From an uncultured Thermoleophilia bacterium (GTDB lineage: Bacteria; Actinomycetota; Thermoleophilia; UBA2241), in the NCBI GenBank assembly GCA_963784975.1, contig CAWAUK010000014.1, forward strand, positions 1 through 32,000: a DNA stretch of 32,000 bases, written 5' to 3'. Positions within the stretch are counted from its first letter, which is position 1; the number at the start of each line of letters is the position of its first letter. Positions 25,477-32,000 of the stretch are shown one piece after another. Under the pieces are notes generated by a model, which saw only the letters and a program-made list of their open reading frames with translations, was not told where the DNA came from and made no database searches. The translations under genes and the position numbers were made by a program.

Positions 25477-26334
25477 TCAGTGCGCCCCTTGAGGCGCCGC
25501 CGACGGCCCTTGCTCTCCCGGCGCCGCGGGCTGGCAGATCAGGATCTCCCCCTTGCCCAGCCAACAGGTGTCTCCTGTGAAGCGCCGGTAGGGGCCGCGC
25601 CAGCCGTGTTCAGGGGCCGGCACGCCACGCTTCTGAAGGTGTTCCGCGTAGACACGCAGGAAGGTAGGTTCGTATGTGCAGGCGTAGAGAAAGGTCGGCA
25701 GGAGATTGAGCGGCTCAAATGCCACGATCGTGCCTCTGGCCATCCAGGCGCCGGCACGGATGCCTGCCCTGCCGAACAGGAACAGGGTGCCCCCCTTCAT
25801 CTGCAAGCCTGCGAAGTCGCCCACCTGTCCCTGGATGCTGATGAGGCCTCGCAGCATCCGCATCCCGACCTCGATCCCCGCGCTGCCGTCGATCAGGATC
25901 TCGCCACCCCGCATGCCGACGGTGCTCCCACGATAGGCCGCGCCGACCTGCCCGCCGGCGCTGCCGTGGATGCGGATCAGGCCGCCGGTCATCTCCGCGC
26001 CGAGCCAGTCCGCGGCGTCCCCCTCGACCGTGATCGTCCCGCCGGTCATGTACGCTCCCAGGTGCATCCCCACGTTCCCCCGGATCACGATGCTGCCCTG
26101 GGTCATGCCGCGGCCGATCCACTTCACCTGAGCGAGGTTCCCGCGCAGTTCGAGAGCGGCGCTCTTCTCGCCCTCCACCTCGAAGAAGTCGCCCAGGCGG
26201 CGCCGTCGATTGCCCAGGTAGACCGGCTGCTCCAGGATCTCGGCGTGCCCCATCTCCCTGAGGTTGTCGGGCGAGAGCGCCTCGACTTCGAGAGGCGTCA
26301 TCAGCTCTTCCTTGAGCGTCGCCACGACGGTCAC
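25477..26334 (-). CDS. fwdC: formylmethanofuran dehydrogenase subunit C (second paralogue)
   Basis: 285 aa. The N-terminus VVATLKEELMTPLEVEALSPDN aligns by eye with methanogen FwdC N-termini. Repeats: GAYMTGGTITVEGDA, GAEMTGGLIRIHGSAG, MRGGEILIDGSAG. It starts 24 nt downstream of fwdB. Confidence 0.88.
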   Translation of the reverse strand: MTVVATLKEELMTPLEVEALSPDNLREMGHAEILEQPVYLGNRRRRLGDFFEVEGEKSAALELRGNLAQVKWIGRGMTQGSIVIRGNVGMHLGAYMTGGTITVEGDAADWLGAEMTGGLIRIHGSAGGQVGAAYRGSTVGMRGGEILIDGSAGIEVGMRMLRGLISIQGQVGDFAGLQMKGGTLFLFGRAGIRAGAWMARGTIVAFEPLNLLPTFLYACTYEPTFLRVYAEHLQKRGVPAPEHGWRGPYRRFTGDTCWLGKGEILICQPAAPGEQGPSAAPQGAH

Positions 26335-26358
26335 CTTGCCGCCGCCTCACTCAGTGCT

Positions 26359-27708
26359 TCACGAAGTGTCTTCCTCAGCGGCGGGTCCCGGGCCATTCTG
26401 CGCCGTCCCGGCGTTGCCATGTGGTGCCCTGGCCGCTACCGCCTCGAGGATCCGGCCCATCACCTCCTCATCGGTCGGGTAGGGAGACCGCAGCGACGGC
26501 CGGGCTCGCAGGGGAACCTCGTCCATCCGGTAGACCGTGCCCGGGGCGCTGATGCCGGTCACGGCGGTGGTGATGTGGACGCGAGCGAGCTTGCTGGTGT
26601 GGGTGACCTTCGGGTCCAGCACGATCGTCGGCACCCGGGCCATGTGGTCGATCGCCGGCTTGGGCATCGTCGCTCCGGGATCCGCGGCCAGCACCAGCAC
26701 GGCGTCGACCTCGCCGCGGGTCAACAGGTCGATCGTGGTGTATTCGCCGGGGTTGTAGCGAGGGTAGCCTCGGCTGAAGTCGACGCCGAACGGATACCCG
26801 GTCAGCCAGCTCGTGACGGCATCAGCGCCCGTCACGTTGCCGTGACCGCGGAGCGGCATCGATACGAAGCGGGTGAACTCGTTCATCTCCACGCCCAACG
26901 TCAGCATCGCCGCCGCGTTCATGAACTTGCCGCGAGTCATGGTCAGTCCCATCCCGAAGAACATCGCCCCGTAGCTGGCGCGCTTCATGCGGTCCGCCAG
27001 GTCCTGGAGCTGCTCCAGGGTGAGACCCGTCTCCTCCAGGCGCTCCCGGTCGACGCGACGACCCTTGACCAGGGCGCGGAGGGCCGTCAGCGCCTCAAAA
27101 TCCCTGGCCGGGCGGATCTGCAGGAAGATGTCGGCGATACGCGAACTCGGCGTCTTGCGGACGTCGACCACGACTACCGTCCGCCCCTTGCGGCCCTCGG
27201 GCGTGTATTTGCCTTTCGGGGTCACGGAGTACCGTGTGAAGTGGCGGGGATGGCACTCTGCGGGATTCGCGCCCCAGAGAATGACGAGGTCTGCTCGATC
27301 CTTTATCTCGCCCAGCGTAGCCTTTGACCTACCGCCCAACTGGGCAGCCATTTCACTGGGGCCGTGTCACAACGAGGAGTGGCTGTCGACCACGCCGCCA
27401 AGCCGCTCGGCCAGCGACACAGCCTCGCGCTGGGTCTCGCTGGTGGTATTGCTGAGGCCGTAGATGAGCGGGTAATGAGCGTCGACGAGGAAGTCGGCTG
27501 CCAGCGCCACGGCCGCGTCCAGCGAGGCCGGCTGCCCGTCGATCAGCGCCGGCGGATAGTGCGCCTCGGCGGAATGGTTGGTGAACCAGGCTCCCCCCAG
27601 GGCGCAGGCGTGCCTGGCCTTGACGATGCGATCTCCCTCGGTATGGACTTCGATGTCATCGCAGACGCAGCCGCAGAACGTACACACCGCGTTGCTCACA
27701 ACAGCCAT
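26359..27708 (-). CDS. fwdB: formylmethanofuran dehydrogenase subunit B, selenocysteine-containing (in-frame UGA at 27369..27367)
   Basis: ORFs 27367..27708 and 26359..27351 are in the same frame and are separated only by a TGA. The read-through is 450 codons. The N-terminal Fe-S motif is CTFCGCVCDD. The UGA sits in ...VVDSHSSL-U-HGPSEMAAQLG, matching the Cys/Sec active-site context (U/C-HGPS) of the FwdB/formate dehydrogenase family. GGAGGAG lies 6 nt before the ATG at 27708. Confidence 0.8.
27331..27348 (-). promoter_or_regulatory. candidate bacterial SECIS hairpin
   Basis: The mRNA sequence GCUGCCC-AGUU-GGGCGGU (7-bp stem including G-U pairs, GU in the loop) begins 18 nt after the UGA. 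The distance is within the range described for bacterial SECIS elements. Not energy-evaluated. Confidence 0.45.
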
Positions 27709-27776
27709 GGCTCGCTCCTCCGTCGATCAGGTGATCGATGTCACGGTGCGCCCGCACGGGGCGCAGCTCTGAATGC

Positions 27777-27956
27777 TCACCCCAACGCTCCGCCGCGGAA
27801 ACTGCCGCGGACGCGGCGCGGCAGCCACAGATCGTCCCCGATCGCTTCCCACGCCGGGACCTCCTCGTCATGGGGCGACGTCTCCGGCTCGCGACGGGGC
27901 CGCTCGGGCTGGCTCGGCTGGTGGTCCGAAGCTCGTGATGTGTCCAAGATCACCAC
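27777..27956 (-). CDS. possible 59-aa ORF between fwdD and fwdB
   Basis: It is below the ORF-track cutoff. GAAAGGAG immediately follows the fwdD stop, then GTGGTG. Product: VVILDTSRASDHQPSQPERPRREPETSPHDEEVPAWEAIGDDLWLPRRVRGSFRGGALG. No family recognised, and it could simply be spacer. Confidence 0.25.
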   Translation of the reverse strand: MVILDTSRASDHQPSQPERPRREPETSPHDEEVPAWEAIGDDLWLPRRVRGSFRGGALG

Positions 27957-27965
27957 GCTCCTTTC

Positions 27966-28328
27966 CTAGACTCCGGGGCGGTCACCCGGCGGCTCGTGGT
28001 CCGGTGCCGGATCGACGTCGACCTCCCAGTTCTTCTGAGAAGGCATCCCTGTGCCGTCGGTATCCCCTGACATCAGCTGACAGGTCGGCGGCCCATAGGG
28101 GACGAAGACCATCCCGGGAGGAAGATCACCCTCCGCGCACCTGTACACCGCCTCACCCCAGTCGCTGCGCACACGGACCGACATGCCGGGGGCAAGCCCC
28201 AGTTGAGCGAGATCCTGTGGGTTCATGTCCAGGGTGCTGACGACCGCCAGGTACTCGTCCCTGAGCTTGCCCATGTTCTCCTGCTGGCCCTGCTTGATGG
28301 TCCGACCGGCGATGAACACACAGCGCAT
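27966..28328 (-). CDS. fwdD: formylmethanofuran dehydrogenase subunit D (molybdopterin-dinucleotide-binding domain)
   Basis: 120 aa with AAGGGGG 5 nt upstream. The sequence FIAGRTIKQGQQ...LGLAPGMSVRVRSDWGEAVYRC...GMVFVPYGPP...TDGTGMPSQKNWEVDV matches the FwdD layout. Confidence 0.85.
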   Translation of the reverse strand: MRCVFIAGRTIKQGQQENMGKLRDEYLAVVSTLDMNPQDLAQLGLAPGMSVRVRSDWGEAVYRCAEGDLPPGMVFVPYGPPTCQLMSGDTDGTGMPSQKNWEVDVDPAPDHEPPGDRPGV

Positions 28329-28596
28329 ACAGACCCCCTTCGCACCGGCAGGCGCTTCGACGCGGAGCGCCGTATCGAAACAGGATACCGCATCTCCAAC
28401 TGAAGCGAGTCGTGAGAGTCGTCAGGGTCTCGGATGTCGACACCGCTGGCCGCGTGTCTCGGGCTCATCCTCCCGTGCGATGACCGCGTTATAGTGTGGT
28501 CGAGGTCGACACGATCCCTTGCTGGCGAGTGCTCGCTGCGGTCACTGGCGTCGAAACCGCGCAGAGTCTCGCGGACCACGTCTTCGAGGAGGTGGG

Positions 28597-29487
28597 GTGG
28601 AGCGGCTGACGGGCGTCGAGATCGCCTGGGCGGCGCAGCTGGCCTGCCTGTTCGAGGCCAGCGTCGCCAAACCCGGCAACGTGTCGCCGCGAGTCGGCTT
28701 CGCCGACGCGCGCTTCGAGGACTTCGCGGCCAGCGCCGTGGCGATCGGGCCGGCGCTGCGCGAATCGGGGCTGGTGAGCGTGGGTGAGACTATCGCGAGG
28801 GCGGCGGCCGATACGCGCCGCCTCGTGGCCACCAACACCAATCTCGGCATGATCCTGCTGCTCGCGCCCATGGCGAGGGCCGCCGCGAGTCTCGAAGCCG
28901 GGAGCGGTCTGCGCGTCGCCGTGAGCCGCGTTCTCGCGGACTTGACGTTGCAGGACGCGCGTCTCGCCTACGAGGCCATCCGCGCGGCGTCCCCTGCCGG
29001 CATGGGCGAGGTCGATCACCACGACGTGGGCGAGGACGACGTGACCGTCACCCTGCTCGAGGCGATGGACGCCGCGCGCGAGCGCGATTCCATCGCCCGG
29101 GAGTACGTCACCGAGTTCGAGGTCACGTTCGTGCTCGGCGCGGACACGCTCATGCGCTGCTGGGATGGCGGCGTCTCTTTCTCGGACGCTATCTTGACCA
29201 CCTTCCTCACGATCCTCGCCGCCGTGCCCGACACGCTGATCGCACGCAAGAACGGCAAGGCCGCTGCGGAGGACGTGTCGCGACGTGCGGCCCGCGTGTT
29301 GTCCTGCGGAGGAAGCCTCACCGCGCGGGGGCGTGCTGGTCTCGACGAGCTGACGCGCGAGCTCGGCGACGAGGCCCACGCCCTGAACCCGGGTACCACC
29401 GCCGACTTCGTCGCCGCCTCGATCTTTGCCTTTCTGACAGAGGGCGGGATGCTCGCCGACGTGCCCGCTCTTACGGCCCACTGGTGA
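28597..29487 (+). CDS. triphosphoribosyl-dephospho-CoA synthase (CitG/MdcB) family protein, C1-cluster type
   Basis: GTG 28597 follows GAGGAGGTGG. The product has AAQLACLFEASVAKPGNVSP, TNTNLGMILLLAPMA and LNPGTTADFVAAS. The start could be further upstream in ORF 28519. Confidence 0.75.
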   Translation: MERLTGVEIAWAAQLACLFEASVAKPGNVSPRVGFADARFEDFAASAVAIGPALRESGLVSVGETIARAAADTRRLVATNTNLGMILLLAPMARAAASLEAGSGLRVAVSRVLADLTLQDARLAYEAIRAASPAGMGEVDHHDVGEDDVTVTLLEAMDAARERDSIAREYVTEFEVTFVLGADTLMRCWDGGVSFSDAILTTFLTILAAVPDTLIARKNGKAAAEDVSRRAARVLSCGGSLTARGRAGLDELTRELGDEAHALNPGTTADFVAASIFAFLTEGGMLADVPALTAHW

Positions 29488-30232
29488 GTCGGTGGTCATC
29501 AGGTCGCACGGCGCGGATGTCCGCGGCCGTGATCCAGCCGCGATGAAGAGCCGTCGCGAGCAGCACGCCGTCGGCGCCGGCCTCGGCGAGCGACCGCAGG
29601 TCCTCAGCGGTGCGCACGCCGCCGCCGGCGATCAGGCGCATGCCGGGGAAGGCGGCTCGCACGGCTCGCAGCGCCTCGACATCCGGGCCCGCGCCGGTGC
29701 CCACGTGGCTCAGGGCCAGCAAGATGAACTCGGTCACATCCTCGTTGGCGAGCAGCTCGATCGCGGCGACTGCAGGCTGGCCGGAGAGCGCGGAGCATCT
29801 GCTGAGGACGCCGTGGTCGCCGACGTCGACGCTGACCAGCATCTGCGCCGGCGGCAGGATCTCGCGGATCGCACGCAGCGAGCCGAGGTCCGTCAGTGTC
29901 TCCGTGCCGACGATGACTCGCGCGGCTCCGGCCTCGAGGAGCCGGGACGCGGCCTTCGAGTCGCTGACCCCCGCGTCCACCCAAGGCTCCGCCCCGAGAT
30001 CATCGCGCAGCTCACGGATGACCTCTCGCTGATCGCCCCTGCCTTCGAGTGCGTCGAGGTCGGCGACGTACACGGCCATGCCGCCACACTCGCGGCAGAG
30101 GGCCTGGGCGACGGCCACTGGATCGCTGCCGGCGACGAGCCCGCTGCGCACGGCGCGGTAGTGCTGCCGTTCGCCGCGCAGCCCCTGCACGACTCGTCCC
30201 CCCATGAGGTCTAGGACAGGAATGGCATCCAC
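29471..30232 (-). CDS. HisA/HisF-family (beta/alpha)8 barrel protein, C1-cluster type
   Basis: GTG 30232 has AAGGGAGAGG upstream. The product has VDAIPVLDLMGGRVVQG, LIAGGGVRTAEDL and GADGVLLATALH. The long N-terminal extension of ORF 29471..30415 is Arg/Ser-rich and was not used. Confidence 0.75.
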   Translation of the reverse strand: MDAIPVLDLMGGRVVQGLRGERQHYRAVRSGLVAGSDPVAVAQALCRECGGMAVYVADLDALEGRGDQREVIRELRDDLGAEPWVDAGVSDSKAASRLLEAGAARVIVGTETLTDLGSLRAIREILPPAQMLVSVDVGDHGVLSRCSALSGQPAVAAIELLANEDVTEFILLALSHVGTGAGPDVEALRAVRAAFPGMRLIAGGGVRTAEDLRSLAEAGADGVLLATALHRGWITAADIRAVRPDDHRLTSGP

Positions 30233-31265
30233 CTGGCCTCTCCCTTCTGCGATCCTTGTCCACGAGTACGTGACCGGCGGCGGATGGCCCACGCCCAGTC
30301 TGCCGGCCGGTCTCGCCGGGGAGGCGCTGGCTGTCCTGCGCGCGCTGCTCGCCGACCTGCGCGCCTGGGGCAGGTTCCCCGTGGTGACCACGCGCGACCG
30401 GCGTCTCCGCGACACGCCCCTGACGGCGGATCGCGTCGTCGATCTCGACGCCGAAGTCTACCCCACCAGGCTGGTCGAACTGGCGCGGGAGTGTGGCGCG
30501 GCGCTCGTCGTCGCCCCTGAGGGCGGCGGCGTTCTCGAGCGCCTGAGCTCGCTGGTGTCGGACGCCGGCGTCTGCCTTCTCGGCAGCTCGCCCGAGGCCG
30601 TGGCCGTGGCGGCGGACAAATGGGAGTGCTACCGGCGGTTCTCGCAAGCCGGACTGCCCGCGCCGAGGACGATGCGTGTCTCCCCGGGCGCCGCCTCCGT
30701 GGCGGCGGCTCGAATCCGCTACCCTGTGGTCGTCAAGCCCCTCGACGGCGCCGGCTGTGACGGCGTGGTTCTGGCGACGGATGACGACGTCCTGAAGAGG
30801 GCTTTGCGGCAGCCGGCGCTGCGCGGAGCGGAATCGATCCTCGTGCAGGAGTACGCTTCGGGCGCGGCGGCCAGTGTGTCGCTGCTGGTCGCCGGTGGTC
30901 GCTCGACCGTGCTCAGCCTGAACCAGCAGCGGGTGCGCGCGGGCATCCCCTTCGCGTACGATGGCGGAGTCGCCTCGTGGCCTCATCCGCGGCGCGCGGA
31001 GGCATGCGAGCTCGGGCAGAGGGCCGTGGCCTTGGTGCCCGGCCTGCGGGGATACGTGGGGGTCGACCTGGTGCTTGGCGAGAAGACATGCCTGCTGATC
31101 GAGATCAATCCGCGGGTGACGACGTCATACGTGGGTCTGCGCCGCGTCGTCGACCTCAACATGGCCGCAGCCATCTGGCGCGCCTGCCGGGACGGCTCTC
31201 TGCCCGCCGCGGTGCCCGTGCCGCCCCTCGCGGCGTTCGGAAGGACGTGGGCTGATGACTCCTGA
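30222..31265 (+). CDS. ATP-grasp ligase, MfnD-like (tyramine-glutamate ligase type of methanofuran biosynthesis)
   Basis: The sequence reads ...AILVHEYVTGGG...ALVVAPEGGGVLERLSSLV...LLGSSPEAVAVAADKWECY...PVVVKPLDGAGCDGV...LLIEINPR. ATP-grasp is confident. The MfnD-type call comes from a remembered resemblance to the M. jannaschii enzyme. The start is ATG 30222 or 30204. Confidence 0.7.
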   Translation: MASTWPLPSAILVHEYVTGGGWPTPSLPAGLAGEALAVLRALLADLRAWGRFPVVTTRDRRLRDTPLTADRVVDLDAEVYPTRLVELARECGAALVVAPEGGGVLERLSSLVSDAGVCLLGSSPEAVAVAADKWECYRRFSQAGLPAPRTMRVSPGAASVAAARIRYPVVVKPLDGAGCDGVVLATDDDVLKRALRQPALRGAESILVQEYASGAAASVSLLVAGGRSTVLSLNQQRVRAGIPFAYDGGVASWPHPRRAEACELGQRAVALVPGLRGYVGVDLVLGEKTCLLIEINPRVTTSYVGLRRVVDLNMAAAIWRACRDGSLPAAVPVPPLAAFGRTWADDS

Positions 31266-32000
31266 GTCGCCAGTGACCGTCGGTTGGGACGTGGGCGGCG
31301 TCCAGGTGAAGGCCGCCCGAGTAGAGTCACGCGCCGACGCTCCATGCGCGGTGCGCACGGCGGTGCGTCCGTTCGAGGTGTGGCGCGGCCGCGAGCGGCT
31401 CACAGCCGTCCTCATCGAGGTGGCTGAGGAGCTCGCGCTCGACCCCGGCATGCCGCTCGCGCTGACCATGACGGCCGAACTCTCGGATGCTTTCAGAAGC
31501 AAGCGGGAAGGAGTCCTGTTCGTGATGGACAGTGTGCGCGAGGCCTTCCCGCGGAATCCTGTGTCCGTGCTCGACAGCCGCGGCGAGTTTGCGGCGCTGC
31601 CCCGGGCCCGCTCGCGCCCGCTCGACTTCGCGGCCACGAACTGGATCGCCTCGGCCCTGTTCGCGGCCACGCGCGTCGACGACTGCATCCTCGTGGACGT
31701 GGGCAGCACGACCACGGACATCGTCCCCATCAAGGGGGGTCGTCTTGGCCTGTGAGGGTCGCAACGATCTCGCGCGACTCGGCGCCGGTGAACTGGTCTA
31801 CACCGGCGTGCTGCGAACCAACCCCAACACGCTGACGACGTATGTGCCGGTGCGCGGCCGTCCCTGCAGGGTCGCCGCCGAGTACTTCGCGGTGATGGCG
31901 GACGCCTATGTGCTGCTGGATCGCCTGGATGCGGCGGACTACACCTGCCCTACGCCTGACGGGCGAGATCCCTCGCCGGCCGCCTGCGCGGAGCGTCTGG
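31255..32000 (+). pseudogene. hydantoinase/oxoprolinase-like H4MPT-linked C1-pathway protein, +1 frameshift at a G6 run; 3' end outside window
   Basis: Frame 1 reads MTPESPVTVGWDVGGVQVKAA...ILVDVGSTTTDIVPIKGG up to the G run at 31734-31739. Frame 2 then continues with no stop to the window end: VVLACEGRNDLARLGAGELVYTGVLRTNPNTL...AEYFAVMADAYVLL... Confidence 0.7.

Noticed and set aside
25480-27327. 615-aa plus-strand ORF
   Set aside because: It is antisense to fwdC and fwdB. It has no motifs and an Arg/His/Gly/Asp-rich composition.
27367-27369. Reading the TGA as a genuine stop that splits fwdB into two genes
   Set aside because: The downstream piece would start at an internal Met with no SD, and the two pieces are collinear parts of one FwdB. 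The TGA also falls exactly on the Cys/Sec ligand position (U-HGPS), with a hairpin downstream, so selenocysteine is the better explanation.
1-32000. CRISPR arrays, IS elements/transposases, toxin-antitoxin or defence-system genes
   Set aside because: Reading both strands, I found no regularly spaced direct repeats, no terminal inverted repeats flanking a transposase-like ORF, and no nuclease, ATPase or methylase signatures typical of defence systems.

Overview
High-GC (roughly 70%) bacterial window: genes are Shine-Dalgarno-led and tightly coupled, and tRNA-Tyr is the long-variable-arm bacterial type. There are three blocks. (1) 1-7400: the 3' end of a cytoplasmic-type [NiFe]-hydrogenase large subunit, its maturation endopeptidase, an unexpected GT-A/zinc-ribbon gene, hypF-hypC-hypD-hypE and a small membrane protein. 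(2) 7400-8900: a non-coding stretch with tRNA-Tyr/tRNA-Thr (minus strand) and a CAU-anticodon tRNA (plus strand), plus hairpins and an AT-rich patch. (3) 8900-32000: a four-gene cluster I cannot assign a function to (Cys-rich 67-aa miniprotein, 510-aa orphan protein with a Cys-rich tail, MIP channel, iron-sulfur flavoprotein). It runs directly into an archaeal-type methanofuran/tetrahydromethanopterin (MFR/H4MPT) C1 module. That module holds cofactor-biosynthesis genes (AfpA/DmrB-like flavoprotein, mptG, mptA, DHPS-like, mptN, CitG-like, HisA-like, two ATP-grasps, DUF447-like, DUF1464-like, hydantoinase-like) and C1 enzymes (mtd, fwdA/fhcA, ftr/fhcD, fhcC, mch), plus an opposite-strand fwdD-fwdB-fwdC operon. 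Three things stand out. First, fwdB has an in-frame UGA exactly at the catalytic Cys/Sec position, with a hairpin downstream, so it is probably a selenoprotein. Second, eleven frameshifts are confined to five genes of the C1 module, ten of them in the +1 direction, while all other genes read through intact. Third, the 8.9-12.4 kb cluster is of unknown function. I saw no CRISPR array, transposase, integrase or rRNA. All family assignments come from motif recognition by eye, not from database searches.
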